NCBI GenBank assembly: GCA_026026165.1
Contig: JAPEUD010000003.1
Location: 124,001-188,000, forward strand
DNA length: 64,000 nt
Origin: Sarea resinae
Taxonomy: Eukaryota
Reading direction: 5' to 3'
This document shows, piece by piece, positions 23,622 through 34,128 of the stretch. The translations under genes were made by a program, and so were the position numbers. How positions within the stretch are numbered: the stretch's first letter is position 1; every line of letters begins with the position of its first letter. The notes under the pieces are model-generated. The model ran no database searches and had not been told where the DNA came from. It saw nothing but the letters and a program-made list of their open reading frames with translations.

Positions 23622-24500
23622 ATGAGCGACTACAACAAACTCAAAGTGGACGAGCTGCGCGCGCTGCTGAAAGACCGTTCGCTCTCTCACCAAGGCAACA
23701 AAGCCGATCTTATTGCGCGTCTCAGAGAAAGCGACGCATCGACGACGTCTGCACCAGCGCCCGCCTCTGGCACGACGGCTGCGGCGCCTGAGGATGAAAT
23801 CGACTGGGAAGATGATGCCGTCGCCGATGCAGCCAAGACTACCAGCGAGCCAAACGCCGCTGCCCTAGCCGCGGGCGGCCAAGGGCAGGTGGACAACCCT
23901 ACCGCCGTGCCAAATCAACAAGTCGATACGGACCCCTCCACCACCGCCGACCTCACCGTCAAAGGCGATGCGGCACCCGTCTCTGATCCCGCCGTTGTCG
24001 CTGCAGCAGGCGAGAACACCAAGCCAGCCGAGCCAGCAGCAGACGTCACGCCGGCGCCTCCACCCGTCGACTACTCCAGGGGACTAGCGACATCAAGCCT
24101 AGATGATGAGTTGGAGAAGCGCAAGAAGCGGGCCAGCCGCTTCGGGATCCAAGAGTCCGACGAAGATGCATTGAAAGCCCTCGAGCGAGCTAAGCGCTTT
24201 GGCACCGGCACGGCAGGCGAACAGGAAGTCGGCAAGGGCGTCAAGGGACTAGACGAAGCGCTGCCGGAGCGGATGAATCGAAAGCGTGGTCGCGAGGGTG
24301 GTGACGATGCTGGGCGCGGCCAGAACAATGGCAACAAGCGGAGACAGGACGGTGGCCGACGGGGCGATAGGAGGAGAGGCAGAGCCCCAGGTGGGGGCGA
24401 TGCCGGCGTTAGGAAGCCAAATGGGTCTGGGTCTGGTCTCAGCGAGGCGGATCGAAAGAAGGCCGAGGAGAGGAAGAGACGTTTCGCCACGGCAGCTTAA
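23622..24500 (+). CDS. THO1: SAP-domain ribonucleoprotein (Tho1/SARNP-like)
   Basis: N-terminal SAP domain YNKLKVDELRALLKDRSLSHQGNKADLIARL. Repeated RASRFG/RAKRFG/RKRRF motifs in the C-terminal part. Confidence 0.85.
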   Translation: MSDYNKLKVDELRALLKDRSLSHQGNKADLIARLRESDASTTSAPAPASGTTAAAPEDEIDWEDDAVADAAKTTSEPNAAALAAGGQGQVDNPTAVPNQQVDTDPSTTADLTVKGDAAPVSDPAVVAAAGENTKPAEPAADVTPAPPPVDYSRGLATSSLDDELEKRKKRASRFGIQESDEDALKALERAKRFGTGTAGEQEVGKGVKGLDEALPERMNRKRGREGGDDAGRGQNNGNKRRQDGGRRGDRRRGRAPGGGDAGVRKPNGSGSGLSEADRKKAEERKRRFATAA

Positions 24501-25021
24501 TCTTGGGCTTCAGGTTTTGCGTTTAGTCTTCCGATTCAACCATACTCGCAACCGTCTACCTTTTCTATACTGTCTCCATCTCATTATCCGACATGTTTCC
24601 ATCTCTCCCGTGCGCCATGCTCTCTCTATCCAAAACGTTCTGGTCTCGCCCCTACGCCACGTCCCGGTCTCCTCTTTACCCCACCCCAAATCTCGCGAAA
24701 AGCAGGCGAAGCCACTCACGAAGGCCGATCTCCTAGTCCAATCCTCGCAGCAACAGCAGCAGGGTGTTTTACTACACCTTCAAACTCACCCCACTTTTGC
24801 ATCCCACCCGCACACCTGAGACCCGCAGTCCAATCCAATTTCCTTCCAATCTGTCCGCGACTTTTCAGCTTCTGGCTTGGGTACAGTTTCTCTTCTCTTT
24901 TTCTTTCTCTCTTCTTCATTTTTGTTTCTCAATGAGAGGGGCCCCATGTTCTTGTAACACTAGAAGACAGAAGCAGAGCAAAATGGCGAAATACAAAATA
25001 GTTAAAAAACCGTATCAAACC

Positions 25022-25581
25022 CCAATCCAATCCAATCCAATCCAATCCAATCCAATCGAAATCCTGCATCTATCCATGCCGCCATCCATGCCGCCATCTT
25101 CGTCGTCGTCGTCATATATCCCAGACCCCAAATACAACCCTCAGCACGCTAGGAACAGTCCTTGTCCTCCTCCGCCTTGCCCCATTTCCCCTTCCCCTTT
25201 CCCCTTTTCCCCTTTTCTTTCGACTCGACTCGTAACGTGATATCCCGAGAAAGAGCAGAGCAGAAACATACATACCGAGAACGCCGTGAGATGTTCCGCT
25301 GACTTGAGTGGGAGGGAAGAAAAAAATTGCCATGGTCGACGGAGTAAAAAAGCCCGGTGGTTTTGGTTTCGATGGTAAGTGTCGAAAATATGACGGGCAT
25401 GGAAGGTAAGGTAAGGTAAGGTATGGTAAGGTAAGGTGGGTATGCGAAAGTATAGCAATTGTGGACTTTCTCTACCGCCTGCCTGCCGCTGCCTGAGGGG
25501 GCTGGCTGTGCGGAAGGAAGGAAGGAAGGAAGGAAGGAAGGAAGACCGCGCTATCAGGAGCGTTGGTAGGTAGGTAGGTAG
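25022..25581. repeat. Cluster of microsatellites: (CCAAT)n, (GGTAA)n, (GGAA)n, (GGTA)n
   Basis: Read directly; lies between the convergent THO1 and MFS genes. Confidence 0.85.
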
Positions 25582-25986
25582 GGCTGTTATATACCTATCA
25601 ATCTATCCCGAGTTTTTCAACACGTTGGTGAAAGGCCTAGATACCTCGGGCGGGAGGAGGGGGGTGGGGGGGGGTGGACCCTTAGAACAAGCTAAGCCAA
25701 AGCCAAAGCAAAGGAATGCATGCATGCATGCAAGATTCACGTCCGAGGGCCCGAAAATGCATGGGAAACGTGATGTATTATTGAGATATCTCTATGGCAC
25801 GTGAAAAGCCCTGGAACGCCGGCGCCGATGAAAAAAAGGGGGTCATGTAAGTCATGTAAGTCATGCTGCCGAGTATGCTCCTTGCTCCCACGTATCTATC
25901 CAACCATCTACCTGGAAATGCGAACGTTCATATCGTCATCGTCTACGTCTACGTCCACGTCTCCGCCTCCGTCCTGGCACCGCGCA

Positions 25987-27881
25987 TCAAGCACCATCGC
26001 GAGCCATTCGCTTCTCCTCCTCGTGTTTCAGTACGCGCACTCGACGGGCCTCGCGCCAACGATGGCCCCACTTCAGGATGATCCACATGGACGCACTCGA
26101 GAGCAAGACCACGGCCGCGATGAAGGTAAAACACGGGCCTTTTTCCGAATCGTCAGCAAACAAAACAGCTCGAGAAGAAAAAGGGTTCCCCAAAAAGGGA
26201 GGGGTTCCGAACTGACCTCGTCCCATGCCCTTGATCATCTGGATGATGCAGGCCGTCCCCGCGGCGCCCAAGAGGCAGCGCACGAGGTTGTTGGCTGCCG
26301 TCGCCGTCGCCGGGCTCATCGGGTACAAGTCGACGAGCATGACGCTCATGCAGTTGAACGAGCCCGTAAAGGTCACGCCGATGAGGAACTGGAAGACGAG
26401 CGGGGCGGCGATGGACGTCTCGGCCTCGAGGACCCAGCCATACGCAAACATGACCACGACGCCGGCGTAGGCCAGTGGCAGAGCGATCTGGATCCGCGCT
26501 TTCTCGATCGGGAAGTCTTTCAGGTCGGTCTCGCGCTTCCGGTCGATGGGGATCCCGGCTTTCTTCGCCAGGCGTCGGTAGTTCCAGTCCAGGAGTCTCC
26601 CGTTGATCAAGGGGGCGAGGAAGGATCCGACGCCAAAGGGGCTAGAGGGTCAGAGAGGCCTTATGCATATATAAAAGGAGACTCACAGATAGCAGAGACC
26701 AATTTGCACTTCATCAAGTCCATAGATTTCCTGAAAAAGGTATGGAGTACTGCTGGTGATGTCGTAGAAAGCTGTGTAGACGACACTGTTGAAGGCCAAG
26801 AGCATGGCAACATCGGGCTCCCAGATGATGCGTAGAGTATGGAGAGGATTTGGGAAGCGTATCTTCCTCGTCTTCGCCAGCTCTGCTTGTGCTTGGCGCT
26901 GTTGCTGTGAAATTGTTCCTATTGAACCTTCCTCTCGCGCTCTTTTGCGGATCTGCAGATAGTTGAGCAGAGACATATTCCAGCCTTGAGGAGGTATACT
27001 CCCATTGCCAACCACTTTCCTACCTGTCTCGGGCTGGAAGATGGCGTAAGGGATTATGTAGACACTGAGATGTTGTCAGCTTGAAGGGCTACAAAACATT
27101 ACAGAGTGACCTACACAGCTAAAATCGTCAGAAACCAGAAAATAGATCTCCACCCCAAGTACTGCGACAACAGGCCTCCAATTACAGGGCCAATGGCGGG
27201 CCCGATCATAGGTCCTGAGGACGAGTAGCCATAATATGTTCCTCTCTCGGCACTGGTAGCAATATCGGCCACCACGCCGTTCCCAAGAGCTATCGTGCCG
27301 CTGCTCCCAGAGCTCTGCAGACAACGAAGGATAAAGAGAGCAGCATAACTATTCTGCAGCGCAAGGCCAATGCAGGCACCGATATAGATGATAAATCCAA
27401 TAATGTATGCCGGGCGTCTGCCCGCCATATCTGCCAGATCGCCAAAAAAGGTCGGGGCCAGTCCCTGGAAGATCATGTAGGAGGTAAGAGTCAGGTTCAT
27501 TAATTCGTTCGAGACATGAAGGTCTGCAGCGAGAGTGTTCAATGCTGGAAAATATATACTGGATCCGAGGGGCGAGAAAAACCCGCCGGATGCTACCATA
27601 AAGACAATGAACTGTTTTTGCCGCTTCGTGAAGACAGAATGGGGCGGCGTTGCAGTCGAGACCGTTGCAAGAGACTCGAGGTCATGCGGGGTTTCGGGTT
27701 CTTGCGAGTCTTGAGGAGCGTCATCGAATATCGTGGTCTTCTCTTCATCGTCTTTGAATTGTAAAGAGTCATGGCCCGCTGCAGCCCGTGAGGCGGAATC
27801 GTTCTCGATTATTCCCGCCCCCGCCACTGCTGCCACAGCTTCGGCCTTCTCTTCATCGGTAACCTCCTCGCTCGAGGCCAT
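25987..27881 (-). CDS. MFS multidrug transporter (DHA1, Qdr/Aqr1-like)
   Basis: Exons 27881-27115, 27064-26687, 26641-26217, 26138-25987. Motifs GDLADMAGRRP, GPAIGPVIGG, WRSIFWFL, PETGRKVVGNGS, AANNLVRCLLGA. Confidence 0.92.
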
Positions 27882-28826
27882 CGCCACGACAAGACCCTAG
27901 TCCTGAGAACGGGATTGACATTGAAGTCGTAATTGTACAGGACATGCCAATATCTACTATATAAGGGAGCATGAAAAATATAAAAGAGGGGTCGAGCAGC
28001 CATGACAAAGCTCGAAGGACCTTCCAGCATTAGTAGCTCCTCACCAAACAAGCGTGGAGCATTTATTTCTCATGATGGCTCCACTGATGAAAAGTCCATG
28101 ACACTTGGACTTCAGCAGCGTTCAGGAGGGAAACGTGGTATCAGGTACCGGCCGTTCTGTGGCGTCCGGGATCGGCAATGGACGCACGGGCCGGAGATAA
28201 CACAAGATACACCAGATCAACGGCCGGGAAGCGATTGCGCTTTCTCGGCAAAGTATCATGGGAAGTCGAAGGAGAAGGAGAAGAGAAAGAGGAGACAAGG
28301 AAAGAAAAGCACCAGCGCCACGTCGCAGAGACGCAGGGACCCGGGAGGCTTTGAGAATCATAGAAGCACGGTACAAGATTGGACGATTTCTGTGCGAATT
28401 AGAAGAAGATGACTATCGTGATACGGGTCAACAATGCTTGTCGTTCACAGATGGCTGATCGCCGATGTCCAAAAGCTGAGGTCGGTAGCATTTGCAGGCC
28501 GTCGTAGTAAGATCGATCACTACTCGAAGCCTTCTGATTCTCTTCCATCTGCCATCTGTAGCAATTGCTAGCTCCAGGGTTCTATTGTCGTGATCCTTGG
28601 TGTCCGCCCATCGGAGGACCTGATGACTAAGGCAAGGGAAGTGACAATCTGCAATCGTGGTGCGTTCAGTTCCGCCGTAGGGTTGCTTCCCTTGAACCTG
28701 ATTGCTGTGACGAGTTGGGGAGACGTGACAATTGGCATCGTTGAGCCCTACAAAGCTCCAACTGCGACAATATCAAATGTACTCTCCCGTTGCAGCCATC
28801 ATCCCATCTCTCACTATGCGGCCAAG

Positions 28827-30030
28827 ATGACAGACATTTCTCCTGTCCTGAACGAGGCCTTAAAACGCCATGATGCGCCTCCCATCGTTCGTCCTACAGG
28901 CCGACTGCCAAATGTCGATGAATTCTTGAAGGAAGCATATCGAATTGTAAAAGCGGGCTCCCCCTCGTCATTTTTCAATTCCTGACAGAAGCTACATAGG
29001 AATTTCACATCTCTTCTCTCCATACCTACCTTCGTTCTATCCGCCGATCGTATCTCTCTACATCGCTTCCCCCTCGACGGACTCAGCTTTCCCAGATAGA
29101 TTCCTCTGCTCCGATCCCTAGCCGCGATAAAGAGCGCAAGTACTTTACGGATGCCGACCGTGACCGGATCGATGCCGAATCGAAGCAGCTTCTGCGTGAG
29201 CTGAACGGAGCCATCCGGAATCTGGCCGATGCCGAGAAGCTCAGACAAGATACAGAAGCAACATTAGTACAACGGAAGCGCGCAAACAATGGTTTCGGCC
29301 TTCTGGGCAGATGGGCAGCCGGGGGTATGGGTCACGGGAAGACCCCGCAGGAAGAGCTCGAAGACGCGCGGGCTAGTGGAATCAAAGTGCATAGGGAGAG
29401 CGTCTTATGGTACCTGCGACGAAAACTTGAAGAGTGCGGAGAGATCCAGAGGTCGATGATGGAGACTAGATTGACACGAGAAGTCGAGAAGAGCAAAAGC
29501 GTACTGTATAAGACGCGAGGCATCAGGGGCATGTCAGGTACAGAGGCCGAAGAGGCAGGAGAGCTACCGCGTAGCATGGCCAATAGTACGACCGGTTACG
29601 TCGGCGGAAGAGCCGTCCAGATGGATGAAGTTGAGAAAAGGGAGGTTGAGCAACAGCTGAGCCCCGAGCAATTGCAGCTGTTCGCTCAGGAGAATCAGGA
29701 TATGTTGAAACATTATGAAGACACACTTGATCAAGTCAGGCATGTATCTCTCTCTCTATACGCTCGCTATTGATCTAATGCCATTATAGGACCGCAGAGA
29801 GATCTCTGATTGAAATATCGGAGCTACAGACCACGCTGGCCAGTAATCTGGCTACGCAGTCGGTGCACATTGATCAGCTTGTCGCCGAATCGGTCGTGAC
29901 ATCGGAAAATATCGGCGGAGGCAACAAGGAACTCAAGAAGGCTAGTGAGAGGAAAAGCACGGCGAGGCTTGTCTTCTACACAACGTGCGGGTTCAGCCTT
30001 TTCTTGGTCATTTGGGATCTCATAATATGA
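28827..30030 (+). CDS. UFE1: ER t-SNARE, syntaxin-18/Ufe1
   Basis: Exons 28827-28946, 29000-29739, 29790-30030 (second intron GC-AG). DEFLKEAYRI N-domain, SNARE helix AERSLIEISELQ...GGGNKELKKA, C-terminal TM segment ending WDLII. Confidence 0.88.
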
Positions 30031-30638
30031 AGGCCGCAAGGATTAGTGGGCTGACAGGCTCACTGCGCCCCGTCGAGTAATTGGACATAGAGATAGACGC
30101 ATCCGTAACATAGTCGTACCAAAGGGTCTAAGCACATGAAGGCGAGCTCTGGTTGGAAAGGAGAGGTGCTGTCAACAGTGGGGGTCATGTGATGGCTGGG
30201 GCGAGAGGCAGCACGGTTGCGATGGGACAGGGTGGTCACGGACAGAGAGATTTACTGAAACGCGCGCAGTGGTCTGAGAGCGAGATTGAGACGTGTCGCT
30301 GGCAGTGGGAGGGCGCTGGAGAGATGAGGGAAAACGGAAAATCGAGCACCCGAAACCATGACAGCCTAATGTAGTCACGTACCCATTTCGTCAGGGCGGG
30401 TACCTCTTGCGCACCGGGTCAGCGTCAACTCAGGAGTGTTGCTGTTGCTGTTGCTGTAAGGCTGCAGCAGGGAAATGACGGTGATTTCATGGTCCGTGGA
30501 GGACTGCGCAGTACTGTAATGGAATGGATATGATGGGTCCTTGGGGCCATTGGGGCCATTGGGATCATGCAGACGGGCGCAGAGATCAGCTACTACGACG
30601 CCGTAACTACTGTGGGTAAGGAAGACGTACATAGTATC

Positions 30639-30650
30639 TACTCCGGAGTA
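30639..30650. promoter_or_regulatory. Palindrome TACTCCGGAGTA upstream of AAT2
   Basis: Exact copy; related TACGGAGTA at 30696 and 31200. Confidence 0.45.
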
Positions 30651-31350
30651 CGTTAGGCCGTCGAGGGTCGAGGGGGTGGGATGGCCGTGGATTTCTACGG
30701 AGTATGTAGCACATACGACTACTATGTAGCAGGTGGTCTAAGCCTCCACGTCGGGTCGAGATGGGTCTCGGATGGCCGTCAGGGCTGCCGCTGATACCTT
30801 GCACTTCCCCCGTGTTTTCCCATTCCCATTCCAGCATCCAGGGTCAATATTGGAGATCTCAATTAGTCACCCGCCACCACCCACTCGCACCCTGAAGGAT
30901 CCAGGTCTCGAGCATACGCACCCGTGGACGAGACATTTGATCGGGACGCAAGGTACTAGGTACTTCGTACTTCGTACATGGTCGATGTCATGGTCGTCGA
31001 GGACCGAACAAGTGTTGCCGGTCTTTTTACGTCGTACCTACGGCCTCCCTACTCCCTCCCTCCTCCCTCCCTACTCCCTAGGCCGCGGGGTGCCCCAGAC
31101 GGGTCCGGAGAAAGTTGGGTGCAATTGCACCATCATCCCGAGCTCATGCACACGGGCTCACACAACACATACGACGACAGAGTACTGGACAGAGTATTGT
31201 ACGGAGTAGCCGTAATAATCAGATCCCCCCCGTGCCCGTAGAGAGAAGGCTCCTCACGGCCCATAAAGGGCGCCCGCTCCTCTCCTCTTCCCCTTTCACT
31301 GCTCTGCCACTCCTCTGAGGTCGTACAGAACTCAGCCCGTACAGTAGTGA

Positions 31351-33129
31351 ATGAACCGTTTGAACGACTCCAACATGACCTCGTCTATGACCGAGACCAC
31401 CACCACCACCCTTCCTCCTCTGCCTTCCCTCCCTTCTCTTCCTTCTCTTCCGTCTACTGACACCGACGCACTCTATTCTCACACTCGCCTGCCGAGCATC
31501 TCTGCTCCACCCGCACACATGGCGCACGAACCTCATCCATCCGTCTTCACGGCTGACCTCGTGCCGCAAGCCCCCGAGGACCCTCTCTTCGGGCTCATGG
31601 CGGCCATCCGAGAGGACACGTTCAAAGCCAAGGTCGATCTCGGCATCGGTGCTTACAGAGATAATGACGCAAAACCCTGGGTCTTGCCGGTAGTGAAGAA
31701 GGTATGTGCAATGACTTCCAAATCCGGAAATGACCGAGCACAATGAAAATGGCTCATCCTTCGATACAGGCCGATGAGATCCTCACAAACGACCCCGGCC
31801 TAAATCACGAATATTTGCCCATCAACGGTCTCGTCGGGCTCACCACTGCCGCCGCCAAATTAATCCTCGGGGAAGACAGCCCTGCTCTCAAGGAGAATCG
31901 GGTACGCTTGCAACCAGATTTCTCCCGTCCAGCCGTCTCTCTAACACGATACAGTCCGTCAGCTTGCAGACAATCTCCGGCACGGGAGCTGTCCATCTCG
32001 GTGGTCTCTTCCTCCACAGATTCTACCCACGTCCCACAAACCAGCCCATCTACGTCTCAGATCCGACCTGGGCAAATCACCACCAAATCTTCACAAATGT
32101 CGACCTACCAATCAAGACATACCCATACTTTTTGCCGTCGACCAAAGGTCTCGATATCGATGGCATGCTGGATACCTTCAAGAAGGCGCCCGAAGGAAGC
32201 GTAATCCTCCTCCACGCTTGCGCACACAACCCGACCGGGGTCGACCCCACCAAAGAACAGTGGAAAGAGATCGCCGAAGTGATCCGAAGTAGGAATCAAT
32301 TCCCCTTCTTCGACTGCGCATACCAAGGGTTCGCGTCTGGTGATTTGAACAATGACGCCTGGGCCATCCGATACTTTGTCGAAGAGGGTTTCGAGATGTG
32401 CATAGCCCAGTCCTTTGCAAAGAACTTTGGCTTGTACGGCGAGCGAGCCGGCTGCTTCCACTTCATCACATCTCCCGATCCAGACGCCGAGAATACCATC
32501 AAACGCATTGGCTCGCAACTGACCGTCCTGCAACGCTCTGAGATCAGCAACCCGCCCGCGTACGGCGCGCGAATAGCGTCGACCATTCTGAACGACCCGG
32601 CTCTCTTCACCGAATGGGAAGCCAACCTCAAGGAGATGAGTGGACGCATCATGACCATGCGCAAGTCGCTGAGGACCAAGCTGGAGGAGTTTGGTACACC
32701 CGGGACGTGGAATCACATCACGGATCAAATCGGCATGTTCAGTTTCACGGGGTTGAGCGAGAAGCAGGTGTTGAAGCTTCGCTCGGACGCACATGTTTAC
32801 ATGACCAAGAACGGTCGGATATCAATGGTAAGCCCTTTTGTTTTACGAATTGCTCATCCCTGTATCTGCCCCTTTTCGTTTCTCTCCTCTCTATCTAACC
32901 TCGCAATCATCTCTAGGCCGGTCTCAATACGCACAACATCGACTACTTTGCCAAAGCCGTCGACAAGGTCGTACGAGATACCGAAGCGGAGGAGAAGGCC
33001 GCGGCGGAGAAGGCAGCAACGGAGGAGAAGGTCTCCGAGGAAAAGACCCCCGAGGAGAACGTCTCAGAGAAAGTCCCCGAGGAGAAAGCCGCTGAGGAGG
33101 CAGCCCCAGCCAAGGTGGCGGCGGCGTAG
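31351..33129 (+). CDS. AAT2: Aspartate aminotransferase, cytosolic type
   Basis: Exons 31351 (or 31519)-31701, 31770-31901, 31955-32827, 32917-33129. Motifs PEDPLFGL, LGIGAYRD, HACAHNPTGVD, DCAYQGFASG, PLP-lysine motif SFAKNFGLYGER, GRISMAG. Confidence 0.95.
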
Positions 33130-33302
33130 TCGTAGTAAATTCGTGTCTGGCACGTTCACACGGTGGCATGCGGGCGGGCAGGCGTCTCGGGCGGGCAAAA
33201 AACAAAGATTCACGATCGATGCAGAAGCAGATCAGTCGGATTGTACTATCTATGCCTTATCTTCCTTTACCTTTTTACCCTTTTACCCTTTTGATCTTGA
33301 CT

Positions 33303-33305
<3 letters not shown>

Positions 33306-33340
<35 letters not shown>

Positions 33341-33740
33341 GTACCTTTACCTCTTACCTTTTAGAAATCCGAGATACCAACACCACACCACACCACCCAG
33401 GGGGAAAAAACCCCACCCCCCCCCCCCTTCAATTTGGGATTCCATGTTGAGGTTCATGTTCATGTTGATGTTGACTTGATCTTGATGTTGACGGCATCGT
33501 TTGGAACCGCCTTTTCTCGCTCCCCTCCTCGGATTCTTCTCGCATCTCGCATCTCACATCTCGTCTCGTCTCGTCTCGTCTTCGGTTCGGTTCGGTTCGG
33601 TTCGGTTCGGGCGCGCACCTGTCTTGAATGCCGTGGCTGGCAAGCAAGCAAGCAAGCAAGCATACATACGTACGTACGTACGTGCGAAGAAAAAAAGGTC
33701 CAAAGGAAAACGCGAGGGAGGGAGAGGGAGGCGCTTCCTC

Positions 33741-33788
<48 letters not shown>

Positions 33789-33801
33789 GTAGAAAAGGCG
33801 A

Positions 33802-33839
<38 letters not shown>

Positions 33840-34020
33840 ATGCAGCCAGCCGTCGATTCCAAATTTTGCAGTTTTCCATTTTTCCATTTTTCCATCTTCT
33901 CAAAACCAATGGGCAAGCAAGGTAAATAGAATAGAATAGAATAGAATAGCTTTCGCTCGTAGTCCGCTACGCAAAACAAAACGAAACAGAATAGGATAGG
34001 ATAGGATACACTACACTACA
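33306..34020. repeat. Compound microsatellite array: (CT)n, (CTCGT)n, (TTCGG)n, (CAAG)n, (TACG)n, (ACA)16, (CCAG)n, (AATAG)n, (ATAGG)n
   Basis: Read directly; lies between the convergent AAT2 and APL1 genes. Confidence 0.92.
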
Positions 34021-34128
34021 CGACATGCCGACAAAGAATGGCGCTCCCTCGCCCCCTAGCCTCAACCCTGCTCCTCTGCTCCCCTCTCCCCTCTCCTCGG
34101 AACTCTTTCCCCCGCTTTTTTTTTTCCT

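Noticed and set aside
25801..26835. 344-aa plus-strand ORF and similar long antisense ORFs (e.g. 32105-32794, 34016-34753, 52126-53043, 58280-58975)
   Set aside because: Antisense or alternative-frame shadows of GC-rich real genes, with no domain signatures.
15652..27881. Possible secondary-metabolite cluster (dehydrogenase, hydrolase, NmrA-like reductase, MFS transporter)
   Set aside because: No PKS, NRPS, terpene synthase or pathway transcription factor is present, and the housekeeping gene THO1 interrupts the group.
33429..33929. ORFs with poly-Cys, poly-Asn or poly-Thr tracts
   Set aside because: These are translations of microsatellites such as (ACA)16.
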